From an uncultured Porphyromonadaceae bacterium (lineage in GTDB: Bacteria > Bacteroidota > Bacteroidia > Bacteroidales > Barnesiellaceae_A): 64,000 nt of DNA. The position numbers and the translations under genes are program-made. Below, piece by piece: positions 45,789-56,240 of the stretch (position 1 is its first letter; every line of letters begins with the position of its first letter). The notes below the pieces were generated by a model that was not told the origin of the DNA, did not search any database, and saw only the letters and a list, made by a program, of their open reading frames with translations. Where the stretch lies: NCBI GenBank assembly GCA_900538705.1, contig UPZG01000008.1, positions 10,585 through 74,584 on the forward strand. Direction: 5' to 3'.

Positions 45789-45807
45789 AATTATATTTGT
45801 TTTTTGA

Positions 45808-46686
45808 TTATACGTAATATAGGTCGTCACGTTTCATGCGGATATATCTGTTGACGGCAAAAAAGGCCGAGATGGCAGTGAGCAGAACACCCAATACCAA
45901 TACTATGGCATATACGCCAAGCAGGGTTGGCAACGTGATAAGTGTGTAGAAACTGTCAAATTCGGATACGATATACGATACACATCCTGTAAGTAACAGG
46001 ATGGCGATGATGGCAGCTATAATACCGCTGATAATGTTGCTGATAATGAAAGGTCGGCGTATAAATCCCGGTGTAGCTCCTACGAGTTTCATGGTATATA
46101 TGATAAATCGACGGCTGTAAGCTGTAAGTCGTATGGTGTTACTGATAAGTACGTAAGAGATAACCATAAGGACGGCTGCCAATATGAGCAGGATGAGCCC
46201 GATGTTACGCATGTTTTCGTTGACCGACTGTATGAGGTCTTTCTGAAACTGTATGTTGTCGATAAAGGCATTCTGCATTAATTCGTTTTCAATGGCTGCA
46301 ATACTGTCGGGATTGGCATATTCGGCTTTCAATCGTACTTCTACCGAGGCCTTCATAGGGTTTGTCCCCAATATCTCTTCAGGATTTTCACCCAGCTCTA
46401 TCATAACTTCTTTCAAAGCTTCTTCTTTCGATATATATTGAGCTGCCTTCACGTAGGGAGCTTGTTCGAGGTTGTTTTGTAATTCGGCTATCTGGTTGTC
46501 GCGAGCCGATTCTTTCAAGACAATGGAGAATCCAATATTCTCGCGCACATATATAGAGAGATTGTTGGCCAAAACACCCAGTAGTGCCATGATGCCAAGA
46601 ATAAAAAGCACCAGTGAGACACTCAATGTAGAAGTGATGCGAGCCTCAAGAAACGAAAAGCGTTTTTTCTTTTTAGGACTGCTCAT
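45808..46686 (-). CDS. ftsX: Cell-division permease-like protein FtsX
   Basis: 292-aa ORF with TM1, then a periplasmic domain, then three C-terminal TMs (FtsX/ABC3 permease layout). Confidence 0.8.
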   Translation of the reverse strand: MSSPKKKKRFSFLEARITSTLSVSLVLFILGIMALLGVLANNLSIYVRENIGFSIVLKESARDNQIAELQNNLEQAPYVKAAQYISKEEALKEVMIELGENPEEILGTNPMKASVEVRLKAEYANPDSIAAIENELMQNAFIDNIQFQKDLIQSVNENMRNIGLILLILAAVLMVISYVLISNTIRLTAYSRRFIIYTMKLVGATPGFIRRPFIISNIISGIIAAIIAILLLTGCVSYIVSEFDSFYTLITLPTLLGVYAIVLVLGVLLTAISAFFAVNRYIRMKRDDLYYV

Positions 46687-47591
46687 TGTGGTAAAGTATT
46701 ATGTTTAAGTGTATATATAATGTAACAGCCGTTGTCTGTTGCGTGTTTGTATGCTCGATTGACTTTGAGGCCTTCGGTATATCCTGTCCATAAGGCTTCT
46801 GCTTGTCGATTGTATGTATGATAGAGCAGTTGGCAGGCTGTAGCCGATGCCATAGTCATTGCCATGCTGTTTTCTTCATTGACGATTTGCATATTATTGT
46901 CGGCAGCAAGGAGTCTGAGGGCTTTGCTTCCGAGAAGAAAGTTTGAGTGAGCCATAAGACGGAACCATGTCTCTTTGTGGTCAGAGGCTATGGTTGGGGT
47001 CGGGTGGTATAAGGCTACGATGAGAGTACCATCGGAAGTAATCAGATTGCATAAAACCCTGAAACTCTTTGGAAGGTCGTTTGTCCTGCCTAAGAAGTCC
47101 CATGCCGTCACCACGTTATACGATTTTGGCTGTATGCGATACAGCATTTCGCTTTTTTCAATATGGAGGTTGTAGTGAGACTCGCCGTATGTCCGTGCTT
47201 TGTCGTCACTTTCAATTCCGTGAGCTATCCATCCACGTCGCCGCATAGTAGCAATGAAGTCACCCTTGTGGCATCCTACATCGAGTAACACACCACTTAC
47301 CCGCCCGGCTTCACGTTCTGTGATGCGGGCTTTTTGTCTATTCCAAAGGCGCTGGAAAAAGTTGAACGAGCGATTTATAATGCCTTTGCGAGGATTTGTA
47401 AGTAATGTCTCTTCTATGGCATAGATGCCGGTGCTGACGTTTGAGGCTGATGGAAACCTTTTTATAAGCCCACAGTCGGGGCAGAGCAGTACCTCGAAAG
47501 AGTCTCCTTCTCCTGCATCACATGTACACACATGTGTCCAATGATTCCCGTTGCATACGGGGCAGCTATTTATCGAGGCATTTGCCATCAT
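46683..47591 (-). CDS. Class I SAM-dependent methyltransferase with N-terminal zinc ribbon
   Basis: 302-aa ORF containing CPVCNG...(22 aa)...CPDCG, then motif I LLDVGCHKGDF. The stop overlaps the ftsX start (ATGA at 46683-46686). Confidence 0.7.
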   Translation of the reverse strand: MMANASINSCPVCNGNHWTHVCTCDAGEGDSFEVLLCPDCGLIKRFPSASNVSTGIYAIEETLLTNPRKGIINRSFNFFQRLWNRQKARITEREAGRVSGVLLDVGCHKGDFIATMRRRGWIAHGIESDDKARTYGESHYNLHIEKSEMLYRIQPKSYNVVTAWDFLGRTNDLPKSFRVLCNLITSDGTLIVALYHPTPTIASDHKETWFRLMAHSNFLLGSKALRLLAADNNMQIVNEENSMAMTMASATACQLLYHTYNRQAEALWTGYTEGLKVNRAYKHATDNGCYIIYTLKHNTLPQ

Positions 47592-47734
47592 AATAACCGG
47601 GCGTAAATCTGTTAACAGTTGGTTGCGGCAATGATTTCGCGACGGTGCATCTCACTGCAAGCGCGCTTTTATTCCTAATTTGCCGCAAATTAACGACAAA
47701 TTCGGGTATGTACGCTTTTTTGTTTTGTATATTT

Positions 47735-47774
47735 AACAAAAGAATCGTAAGTGCCATGAAGCGCTTACGATTCT
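47735..47774 (-). terminator. Terminator of the GlmU-like gene
   Basis: AGAATCGTAAG-(12 nt)-CTTACGATTCT is an 11-bp stem. The minus-strand tail is TTTTGT. Confidence 0.6.
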
Positions 47775-47804
47775 TTGCATGTAGGTATCTCGGTTATGTG
47801 AGGG

Positions 47805-48971
47805 TCAAGCTTCTTCTCGGTGTTCAAACAGATAGGTGTATAAACGTCTGTCGGCATCGGTAAGCGTTTTATGACGGCGTGCCATCATGCGCTCGGCTAT
47901 GTCGAAGAAGCGGGCAAGAGGAACCTCTTTGAAACCTTGTGCACCACCTTCTGAAAAAGAAGGAATATATGTACGTGGGAAGCCAGGTCCGTATATGTTG
48001 CATCCTATACCGGTTACGGTTGCTGTATTAAACAGAGTATTGATACCGGCTTTACTGTGGTCGCCCATGATGAGTCCGCAGAATTGTAACCCTGTCTTTC
48101 TGAATTGACGAGTGGGATAATTCCATACTCTTACTTCGGCGTATGTATTCTTGAGGTTCGAAGATACAGTGTCGGCACCCAGATTGCACCATTCGCCTAT
48201 GACAGCGTTACCCAGGAAGCCGTCGTGTGCCTTATTGGAATAACCTGTCATGATGACGTTATTGAGTTCGCCTCCGGCCTTGCAATACGGGCCTAATGTT
48301 GTGGGCCCGTACACCTTGGTCCCCATATTGAGTACGGCATGAGTACACATGGCCAATGGGCCACGTACGGCGCATGTCTCCATTATTTCGGCATCACGGC
48401 CTATGTAGATAGGTCCGTGCGTAGTATTGAGTGTCGCGCATTCTACGATGGCACCAGGTTCTATGAAAAGACGTGATGCGTCGCCTATGAGCGTACAGGT
48501 AGAGCTGAGTGGTGCGCTTTGTCGGTCATGGGTAAGACGGGTAAAGTCGGCTTCTATGGCTGCTCCGTTCTTGCCGAAAAGGTCGTAAGGAAATCTTATG
48601 CAGTCGGCCGGTGCAGCCGGTGCAATTTTCAGTGCGTGGGTTTGTCCTGTCGTAAAGTCACCCCCACGGTATGCCCATATTTCGTTTTCGTCGGCTATGG
48701 CTTCACCGGGACGTAGAGCAGCAATCTGCTCAGCCCATTGAGGAGAGGCGATAAGGTGAGCTGCAATATACAGGTCGTCGCCGGTTTGGTGTGTTGGATA
48801 TTTTTCGGCCAAATAAGGAACTGTGAGATAAGAATAACTACCCGGCAGCAGAGCTTCCCATTTTTCACGCAGGGTGTCGATACCTAATCTCAGGTCGGCA
48901 ATCGGGCGGGTGAATGTGAGAGGTAACAGGTTGCCGTGTTCGCGGGCTGTATCGAAAAGGATTATGTTCAT
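47805..48971 (-). CDS. Putative sugar nucleotidyltransferase/acetyltransferase (GlmU-like, left-handed beta-helix C-terminus)
   Basis: 388-aa ORF beginning MNIILFDTAREHGNLLPLTFTRPIADLRLGIDTL. Hexapeptide-repeat region reads GDHSKAGINTLFNTATVTGIGCNIYG. Confidence 0.65.
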   Translation of the reverse strand: MNIILFDTAREHGNLLPLTFTRPIADLRLGIDTLREKWEALLPGSYSYLTVPYLAEKYPTHQTGDDLYIAAHLIASPQWAEQIAALRPGEAIADENEIWAYRGGDFTTGQTHALKIAPAAPADCIRFPYDLFGKNGAAIEADFTRLTHDRQSAPLSSTCTLIGDASRLFIEPGAIVECATLNTTHGPIYIGRDAEIMETCAVRGPLAMCTHAVLNMGTKVYGPTTLGPYCKAGGELNNVIMTGYSNKAHDGFLGNAVIGEWCNLGADTVSSNLKNTYAEVRVWNYPTRQFRKTGLQFCGLIMGDHSKAGINTLFNTATVTGIGCNIYGPGFPRTYIPSFSEGGAQGFKEVPLARFFDIAERMMARRHKTLTDADRRLYTYLFEHREEA

Positions 48972-49114
48972 AATTGTAATTTTTGTTTTGTGATTATGCG
49001 TAGGGCGGACTTTATAAACATTTTGTAGCGCCGCTGTGTTTGATAGGCAAAGATAATGTTTTTGTTTGGTAACCGATAGGTTATAGTCGTAATAATGAGT
49101 AGAAACGGTAAATT

Positions 49115-50761
49115 ATGGGCGGAATTGCAGGTATAGCCGGAGATATGGATGCTTTGGAGTCGCGGCTGCATGCCATGCTGCATGTACAGCAGCATCGAGG
49201 CAAGGGGGGCGGATTATATGTTGCTCCTTTTGTCGATGCCCGTATAGGATTGGGACATAATGGATTGTCTGTCGGAGCAGTGGATGGAAATATACCTCAG
49301 CCATTTGTCGACAGTGCTGTATCGTTGGTAGTGGCAATGGACGGAGAACTTTATAATTGTCGCGAATTGAGAGGCATTTTGTCGCATTATTATACTTTTG
49401 AGACTGATGCAACGGTAGAGATAGTCGCTAAAGCTTTTAGGCATTGGGGGCGTGACGCTTTGTTGCGATTTGAGGGCGTTTTTGCTTTAGCTATATATGA
49501 CATTTTGGCCGATACGCTGTTGTTGGCCAGAGATAAATTTGGTGTAAGGCCGCTTTACTACGCAACTAATCGCGGCCGTCTGCTTTTTGCTTCGGAAGTA
49601 CATGCCCTTTTTGCCGCTGGATTACGGCGCCAACTCTCTGTATCCCGTTGGGCCGGTTATATGGTGTACTCTTCTTATGGACTCCCCTATGAAACATTTT
49701 GGGATGGCGTACATCAGTTGCCTGCCGGATTTATGCTGTGTTACAATGGTTACTCTTTATACGAGAGAGGATGGTATAAGTTGCAAGACGAAATTGAAAA
49801 CCTCAGGCATGAAAAAGAAGCGGGGCTGAAAGAGCTGTTTGGTCATGAAATGGAGCGTTGTGCCGAGCGTAGCCTGTCAGACGTGTCGATTTGTGGTTTC
49901 AGAATAGGAGACCGTGTAGAGTCGCAACTGCTCTATGGTTTGGCCGTACATGGAATATATGCCGACAAGGTGTTCCCGTTACGTGAGTTCCCGGGAGAAG
50001 ACACGGCTTGCGAACAAAAAGAAGGGTGGACTGTGATTACTACGCGGCGAGCTATAGCAGAGTTGGAACGTATGCCCGAGTGGATAGAGGAGCCATTTGA
50101 TGGTGTGGAGAGTATTGTAAGAAGCATATTGTTTCGCCGAGCCTCGGCAAATAATATGAACATGTTGTGTAGTGGCGTTGGACTGGATGTCATGTGGCAA
50201 GATGAGTGGGACAAGTCGGAGGTGCGGTATGATTATTGTCAAGTTGCGTCGCTCTTTGCTCCTGAGTTCGCAGCTTTGGCTCGGCGTCCAAGCTACTCCC
50301 ATCCGTTTGATGATGATGCAGCCAATATGCGTTATCTCGATTTGTATAACGAACGGTTGCCTCATATCCTGCGTTTTTTTGACCGGTCGGCTGCCGAAGC
50401 TGGTGTGCAGCTTCGCATGCCGTTTTTAGGATCGATGCTTGTTGCTTTGTCGTTTGTTTTGCCAGAGGTGAGTCATCGGGTTCGCCGTGAACTTTTTGAC
50501 GATTATACAGTACAGCGATATGCCGTACGATACGGCCGCCGTAAGGCGCTTCCGATATGGTCGGCGTGGCTCGATGGTGGATTGAGAGAGTGGATGGCCG
50601 ATTCGTTAAGCGACTTACGGAGTAGTTCTGTTCGTGAATGGTTTAATGTTAAGGAGCTGACACATATGCAGTCGGATGTTGTTGCAAAAAGTCCAGTAGA
50701 CGTAGCATTGTTGTGGAAATGTCTAGCGTTGCATCGAATGCTGGTTGCTGTATCAGATTAG
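49115..50761 (+). CDS. Asparagine synthase (AsnB)-like protein lacking the Cys nucleophile and the PP-loop
   Basis: 548-aa ORF starting MGGIAGIAG where AsnB-type enzymes have MCGI. Conserved GATase-II blocks are present (HRG, DGELYN, FEGVFALAIYD, ARDKFGVRPLYY, FASEVHAL). The synthetase block reads LSDVSICGFRIGDRVES where SGGLDS is expected. Confidence 0.75.
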   Translation: MGGIAGIAGDMDALESRLHAMLHVQQHRGKGGGLYVAPFVDARIGLGHNGLSVGAVDGNIPQPFVDSAVSLVVAMDGELYNCRELRGILSHYYTFETDATVEIVAKAFRHWGRDALLRFEGVFALAIYDILADTLLLARDKFGVRPLYYATNRGRLLFASEVHALFAAGLRRQLSVSRWAGYMVYSSYGLPYETFWDGVHQLPAGFMLCYNGYSLYERGWYKLQDEIENLRHEKEAGLKELFGHEMERCAERSLSDVSICGFRIGDRVESQLLYGLAVHGIYADKVFPLREFPGEDTACEQKEGWTVITTRRAIAELERMPEWIEEPFDGVESIVRSILFRRASANNMNMLCSGVGLDVMWQDEWDKSEVRYDYCQVASLFAPEFAALARRPSYSHPFDDDAANMRYLDLYNERLPHILRFFDRSAAEAGVQLRMPFLGSMLVALSFVLPEVSHRVRRELFDDYTVQRYAVRYGRRKALPIWSAWLDGGLREWMADSLSDLRSSSVREWFNVKELTHMQSDVVAKSPVDVALLWKCLALHRMLVAVSD

Positions 50762-50914
50762 TTTGTTATCCTATCTTTGTTATAAGTAAGAGGTGACCCT
50801 TAAAAATGTTGTTGAACGAGACATATAAGGCGGTTATTGATTGAATCGTAGTCTTTACTGATGGTATATATGCTGCGCGTCTGTGTATGATTGAGAAGGC
50901 TCCCGTTAGACAGT

Positions 50915-50970
50915 GATGATGCGACAATTTTCTGCTGTGAAGAAGTTTGTCTCATCATCGCATTTTATTG
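50915..50970 (+). terminator. Candidate terminator hairpin downstream of the AsnB-like gene
   Basis: GATGATGcGACAA-(19 nt)-TTGTCtCATCATC gives 7+5 bp with one mismatch, followed by GCATTTTATTG. Confidence 0.35.
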
Positions 50971-50978
50971 CTAAAATA

Positions 50979-51010
50979 TTTGGTTTATAACAAATTAGTT
51001 TGTAATTTTG
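50979..51010 (+). promoter_or_regulatory. Promoter of the ribosomal-protein cluster, perfect TTTG-N20-TAATTTTG
   Basis: TTTGgtttataacaaattagtttgTAATTTTG. This implies a leader of about 135 nt before the rpsL ATG. Confidence 0.55.
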
Positions 51011-51153
51011 CCTCGCTTTTTCGCGCAAAGTATGCTCTTTTTGCACTGTAATGCACTGATATTGTGTGTGTAAGAGTGCGAAAATGGTGTGCGCGAGGCA
51101 TAATATGAAATAACAAGATATTATAAAAACTAAAGTATTAAAACTGTTCTAAA

Positions 51154-51558
51154 ATGCCTACAATTCAGCAGTTAGTAAGAAAAGGACGGGTTGTTTTGGA
51201 AGACAAGAGTAAATCGCCTGCACTTGATTCGTGCCCTCAACGTCGCGGTGTGTGTGTGCGTGTTTACACCACAACTCCCAAAAAACCTAATTCGGCTATG
51301 CGTAAGGTGGCTCGTGTGCGCCTGACAAACGGAAAAGAAGTGAACTCTTACATTCCGGGTGAAGGTCACAACTTGCAAGAGCACTCAATCGTATTGGTTC
51401 GTGGCGGTCGTGTAAAAGACCTCCCTGGTGTACGTTATCACATTGTTCGCGGTACTCTCGATACGGCAGGAGTAAGCGGTCGCTTACAACGTCGTTCGAA
51501 ATATGGTGCCAAACGGCCGAAAGCAGGAGCTGCACCTGCGGCAAAAGGGAAAAAATAA
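51154..51558 (+). CDS. rpsL: 30S ribosomal protein S12
   Basis: [12 protein letters not shown]...[19 protein letters not shown]...[19 protein letters not shown]. Confidence 0.98.
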   Translation: MPTIQQLVRKGRVVLEDKSKSPALDSCPQRRGVCVRVYTTTPKKPNSAMRKVARVRLTNGKEVNSYIPGEGHNLQEHSIVLVRGGRVKDLPGVRYHIVRGTLDTAGVSGRLQRRSKYGAKRPKAGAAPAAKGKK

Positions 51559-51717
51559 TCCCAAGCCATAAAAACAAGCAAATCGAAAAATAAAAATTAG
51601 TTTTTAACGCTGGTTTGCGTTTTTTGGATAGGCTGATTGGGTTGAGTAAATAAAAGCGGCGGCTTTTGTTGAAGATGTAATAAGCAACCAAAAACGGAAC
51701 AACATTTTAAGAAAAAT

Positions 51718-52194
51718 ATGAGAAAAGCTAAGCCTAAGAAGCGGGTGATATTGCCAGATCCCGTGTTTAGTGATGTAAGGGTTTCTAAATTTGTAAACCA
51801 CTTGATGTATGACGGCAAGAAGAATGTTGCCTACAATATCTTTTATACCGCATTGGAGATTGTGAAATCTAAGATGCCTAATGAGGAGAGATCAGCTCTC
51901 GAAATTTGGAAAAAGGCTCTCGAAAATGTAACACCTCAAGTAGAGGTGAAATCGCGTCGTGTGGGCGGTGCCACGTTCCAGGTTCCTACCGATATACGCC
52001 CCGACCGTAAAGAATCTATCTCAATGAAAAATTTGATAAACTACTCTCGTAAAAGAGGCGGTAAAACGATGGCCGATAAATTGGCTGCCGAAATTGTCGA
52101 CGCTTTTAACGAGCAAGGTGGTGCATTCAAACGTAAAGAAGATATGCATAAGATGGCAGAAGCCAACCGTGCTTTTGCTCATTTCAGATTTTAA
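51718..52194 (+). CDS. rpsG: 30S ribosomal protein S7
   Basis: 158-aa ORF with [22 protein letters not shown]...[16 protein letters not shown]. Confidence 0.97.
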   Translation: MRKAKPKKRVILPDPVFSDVRVSKFVNHLMYDGKKNVAYNIFYTALEIVKSKMPNEERSALEIWKKALENVTPQVEVKSRRVGGATFQVPTDIRPDRKESISMKNLINYSRKRGGKTMADKLAAEIVDAFNEQGGAFKRKEDMHKMAEANRAFAHFRF

Positions 52195-52215
52195 TTAAAT
52201 ATAAGGAAATAAAGC

Positions 52216-54339
52216 ATGGCAAATTCTGATGCACAACTGAAATATACCAGAAACATAGGTATTATGGCGCATATCGATGCTGGTAAAACTACCACATCGG
52301 AGCGTATCCTTTTCTATACTGGTCTTACTCACAAAATCGGTGAGGTTCACGATGGCGCTGCCACAATGGACTGGATGGAACAGGAGCAAGAGCGTGGTAT
52401 TACTATTACCTCGGCTGCTACTACTACTTTCTGGAATTATCTCAATGAAAAATATAAAATAAACCTTATAGATACTCCGGGACACGTCGACTTTACCGTT
52501 GAGGTTGAACGTTCGTTGCGTGTGCTCGATGGCGCTGTTGCTGCGTTCTGTGCCGTAGGCGGTGTAGAGCCCCAGTCGGAGACTGTATGGCGCCAGGCCG
52601 ATAAGTATAATGTGCCTCGTATCGGTTACGTCAATAAGATGGACCGTTCGGGCGCCAACTTCTTTGAAGTGGTGCGCCAGGTAAAAGAGGTTTTGGGTGC
52701 TCATCCTTGTCCTATACAAATACCTATTGGTGCCGAAGAAACTTTCAAGGGTGTGATTGACCTCGTTAGAATGAAAGCTATTTATTGGCATGATGAGACA
52801 ATGGGTGCCGACTATGAGGTACAAGATATCCCTGCCAATATGGCTGCTGAAGCCGCTGAGTGGCGCGACAAGATGCTTGAGGCTGTAGCTGAGTGCGACG
52901 AAGTAATAATGGAAAAATACTTCGATGACCCATCGACCATTACCGAAGAGGAGTTGCGCGCAGCCATACGTAAGGGAACTCTTTCAATGCAAATCGTTCC
53001 TATGACGTGCGGTTCGTCTTTCAAAAACAAAGGCGTGCAGACCTTGCTGGATGCGGTATGTGCATATTTGCCCAGCCCTCTCGATACCCCGGCTGTTGAG
53101 GGTCATGCTGTAGACGACCCTGATAAAGTGGTATTGCGTCACCCGTCGTCGTCGGAGCCTATGTGTGCATTGGCATTTAAAATTGCAACCGACCCCTATG
53201 TAGGACGTCTCTGCTTCTTCCGTGTTTATTCGGGTGAGGTAGTAGCTGGATCTTATGTGCTTAATTCGCGTTCGGGTAAGAAAGAGCGTATTTCGCGTCT
53301 TTTCCAAATGCACTCTAACAAGCAAAATCCCCGCGAAGTTATCGGTTGCGGTGATATAGGTGCTGGCGTAGGATTTAAAGATATCCGTACCGGTGATACT
53401 CTCTGTGCCGAGGATGCTCCTATCGTGTTGGAAGCTATGGATTTCCCCGATCCCGTTATCGGTATCGCCGTGGAGCCCAAGACACAGAAAGACCTCGACA
53501 AACTCGGCGTTGGTTTGCAAAAGCTGGCTGAGGAAGATCCTACCTTCCGTGTACAAACGAATGAGGAGACGGGTCAAACTGTTATCAGTGGTATGGGTGA
53601 GCTTCACCTCGATATTATCATTGACCGCCTGCGTCGTGAATTTAAGGTAGAGTGCAACCAGGGTCGTCCTCAGGTAACATACAAAGAGGCAATCACTAAA
53701 GCTGTTGAACATCGTGAGGCCTTCAAGAAACAGAGTGGTGGTCGTGGTAAATTCGCCGTTATCGTAGTACGAGTTGAGCCCGCCGATCCTGGATTTGAAG
53801 GTGGTCTGCAATTTATCGACGAAGTAAAAGGTGGTAACATTCCTAAGGAGTTTATTCCCTCGATACAGAAAGGTTTCACTACGGCTATGAAGACTGGCGT
53901 TTTGGCAGGTTTCCCCATGGATAGCCTTAAAGTAACGGTTCTGGATGGTCAGTTCCACCCCGTAGATTCAGACCAGTTGTCGTTTGAGCTTTGTGCTATA
54001 CAAGCATTCAAAGAGGCTTGTGCAAAGGCAAAACCCGTATTGCTTGAACCTATCATGAAGGTAGAAGTAGTAACTCCCGAAGAGAGCATGGGTGATGTTA
54101 TATCAGACCTTAACAAACGTCGTGGTCAGGTAGAAGGTATGGAGTCGAGCCGCTCGGGTGCACGTATTGTGAAAGCAAAAGCTCCGCTTGCCGAAATGTT
54201 TGGTTATGTAACAGCTTTGCGTACCATTACTTCAGGTCGTGCAACGTCTACAATGAGCTTCTCTCACTATTCTGAGGTAAGCCCCTCGATAGCACGCTCG
54301 GTTCTTACCGAAGTGAACGGACGTGTAGATTTATTGTAA
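52216..54339 (+). CDS. fusA: Elongation factor G
   Basis: 707-aa ORF with the G-domain motifs [22 protein letters not shown] and NKMD. Confidence 0.98.
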   Translation: MANSDAQLKYTRNIGIMAHIDAGKTTTSERILFYTGLTHKIGEVHDGAATMDWMEQEQERGITITSAATTTFWNYLNEKYKINLIDTPGHVDFTVEVERSLRVLDGAVAAFCAVGGVEPQSETVWRQADKYNVPRIGYVNKMDRSGANFFEVVRQVKEVLGAHPCPIQIPIGAEETFKGVIDLVRMKAIYWHDETMGADYEVQDIPANMAAEAAEWRDKMLEAVAECDEVIMEKYFDDPSTITEEELRAAIRKGTLSMQIVPMTCGSSFKNKGVQTLLDAVCAYLPSPLDTPAVEGHAVDDPDKVVLRHPSSSEPMCALAFKIATDPYVGRLCFFRVYSGEVVAGSYVLNSRSGKKERISRLFQMHSNKQNPREVIGCGDIGAGVGFKDIRTGDTLCAEDAPIVLEAMDFPDPVIGIAVEPKTQKDLDKLGVGLQKLAEEDPTFRVQTNEETGQTVISGMGELHLDIIIDRLRREFKVECNQGRPQVTYKEAITKAVEHREAFKKQSGGRGKFAVIVVRVEPADPGFEGGLQFIDEVKGGNIPKEFIPSIQKGFTTAMKTGVLAGFPMDSLKVTVLDGQFHPVDSDQLSFELCAIQAFKEACAKAKPVLLEPIMKVEVVTPEESMGDVISDLNKRRGQVEGMESSRSGARIVKAKAPLAEMFGYVTALRTITSGRATSTMSFSHYSEVSPSIARSVLTEVNGRVDLL

Positions 54340-54361
54340 ATAAAACTCAGCATTAAAAAAT

Positions 54362-54667
54362 ATGGATCAGAAAATCAGAATTAAACTGAAATCTTACGAT
54401 CACAACTTGGTAGATAAGTCATCCAAGCGCATCGTAGAGGCTGTGAGAGCAACAGGCGCATCATGGAAGGGTCCTATACCCCTGCCTACGCACAAACGCA
54501 TCTTCACGGTAAACCGCTCGACGTTTGTGAATAAGAAATCGCGCGAGCAATTTGAGTTGTCATCTTACAAGCGTCTTATCGACATCTACGGTTCTACAAC
54601 CCAAACTGTCGATGCCTTGATGAAACTGGAATTGCCCAGCGGCGTAGAGGTAGAAATAAAAGTATAA
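54362..54667 (+). CDS. rpsJ: 30S ribosomal protein S10
   Basis: 101-aa ORF beginning [17 protein letters not shown], with ...GPIPLPT. Confidence 0.97.
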   Translation: MDQKIRIKLKSYDHNLVDKSSKRIVEAVRATGASWKGPIPLPTHKRIFTVNRSTFVNKKSREQFELSSYKRLIDIYGSTTQTVDALMKLELPSGVEVEIKV

Positions 54668-54692
54668 TAATAGTTACTAACAACGTAAAGAA

Positions 54693-55307
54693 ATGCCAGG
54701 ATTATTAGGAAAGAAAATCGGAATGACATCCGTTTTTAGTGAGGGTAAAAACATACCCTGCACTGTTATCGAAGTTGGTCCTTGCGTAGTTACTCAAGTA
54801 AAAACTGTTGAAAAAGACGGTTATGAAGCCGTTCAGGTGGGCTTTATGGATAAAAAGGATAAGCACACCAGCAAGCCTGAAGCAGGCCATTTCAAGAAAG
54901 CAGGAGTAACACCCAAGAGACACTTGGCCGAGTTCAAAGGATTTGATACCGAGTACAAGCTCGGAGACCAAATCGATGTAAATCTTTTTGCCGGAGCTAC
55001 TTATGTAAATGTAATAGGTACCTCGAAAGGTAAAGGATTTCAAGGTGTCGTAAAACGCCACGGTTTTGGTGGTGTAGGCCAAACCACGCATGGTCAGCAC
55101 AACCGGCTGCGTGCCCCCGGTTCTATAGGTGCATGTTCTTACCCTGCTCGTGTTTTCAAGGGTACCCGTATGGCAGGCCAACTGGGAAATCAACGTGTGA
55201 CAGTGCAAAATCTGCAAGTGTTAAAAGTCATGCCGGAGCACAACCTTCTTGTTATAAAAGGTTCGGTTCCCGGATGTAAAGGTTCAATCGTAATAATTGA
55301 AAAGTAA
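54693..55307 (+). CDS. rplC: 50S ribosomal protein L3
   Basis: 204-aa ORF with [15 protein letters not shown] and [17 protein letters not shown]. Confidence 0.97.
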   Translation: MPGLLGKKIGMTSVFSEGKNIPCTVIEVGPCVVTQVKTVEKDGYEAVQVGFMDKKDKHTSKPEAGHFKKAGVTPKRHLAEFKGFDTEYKLGDQIDVNLFAGATYVNVIGTSKGKGFQGVVKRHGFGGVGQTTHGQHNRLRAPGSIGACSYPARVFKGTRMAGQLGNQRVTVQNLQVLKVMPEHNLLVIKGSVPGCKGSIVIIEK

Positions 55308-55930
55308 TGGAACTGAGCGTATATAACATAAAAGGTGAAGACACCGGCAGAAAGGTGACTTTGAACGATGCCGTTTTCGGTATCGAACCTAACGACCATG
55401 CCATTTACTTGGACGTAAAGCAATTTTTGGCAAACCAACGTCAAGGCACACATAAATCTAAGGAGAGAAGCGAAGTATCAGGAAGTACCCGTAAGCTTCA
55501 TAAGCAAAAAGGTACCGGTGGTGCCCGTATCGGTGATATCAATTCACCTGTATTGGTAGGTGGTGGCCGCGTATTCGGTCCCAAACCTCGTGATTATCGT
55601 TTCAAACTCAATAAGAAACTCAAAGCCTTGGCTCGTAAATCGGCTCTTACATACAAAGCTCAAGAGAACGCCATCGTGGTAGTAGAAGATTTTACTTTCG
55701 ATGCCCCGAAGACGAAAGATTTCATTGCCATGTCGCAAAAATTGCAAGTAGCTGATAAAAAGCTTGTTTTGGTTTTGCCGGAACAAAATAAAAACGTATA
55801 TTTGTCGGCTCGTAACTTGACGAATGCCATGGTGATAACATTATCGGATCTTAATACATACAGAGTACTCAACAACAGGGCTCTTGTGGTTACCGAAAAA
55901 GCTTTGGCAGCTATCAACGAATTTAAATAA
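55307..55930 (+). CDS. rplD: 50S ribosomal protein L4
   Basis: 207-aa ORF containing [32 protein letters not shown]. It overlaps the rplC stop (TAATG). Confidence 0.96.
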   Translation: MELSVYNIKGEDTGRKVTLNDAVFGIEPNDHAIYLDVKQFLANQRQGTHKSKERSEVSGSTRKLHKQKGTGGARIGDINSPVLVGGGRVFGPKPRDYRFKLNKKLKALARKSALTYKAQENAIVVVEDFTFDAPKTKDFIAMSQKLQVADKKLVLVLPEQNKNVYLSARNLTNAMVITLSDLNTYRVLNNRALVVTEKALAAINEFK

Positions 55931-55942
55931 GGAGGCTAAACG

Positions 55943-56233
55943 ATGGGAATCATTATAAAACCTATAGTAACTGAAAAGATGACGCGCTTGGGCGAGAAAT
56001 ATAATCGCTTCGGATTTCGCGTTGATCTGAATGCTACCAAGCCGCAAATAAAGAAAGCCGTTGAAGACCTCTATGGCGTAAGCGTTGTGTCGGTAAATAC
56101 GATGATATGCAGCGGCAAAAGCAAGAACCGTTACACTAAATCGGGCATCATTGAAGGTAGCACCTCTACCTACAAGAAAGCCATAGTTACGGTAAAAGAA
56201 GGAGAAACAATAGACTTTTTCAGCAATATTTGA
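55943..56233 (+). CDS. rplW: 50S ribosomal protein L23
   Basis: 96-aa ORF at the expected S10-operon position, with IIKPIVTEKMT. Confidence 0.95.
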   Translation: MGIIIKPIVTEKMTRLGEKYNRFGFRVDLNATKPQIKKAVEDLYGVSVVSVNTMICSGKSKNRYTKSGIIEGSTSTYKKAIVTVKEGETIDFFSNI

Positions 56234-56240
56234 TTGAATA

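Noticed and set aside
52984-53958. 324-aa antisense ORF inside fusA, and similar long antisense ORFs across rplP-rpsQ (58648..59466) and other ribosomal genes
   Set aside because: These are open antisense frames typical of highly biased, highly expressed genes. They have no start context, promoter or recognisable domains.
52195-54361. Absence of tuf between fusA and rpsJ
   Set aside because: In Bacteroidota, tuf is normally located elsewhere, with the secE-nusG cluster. This is not an anomaly.
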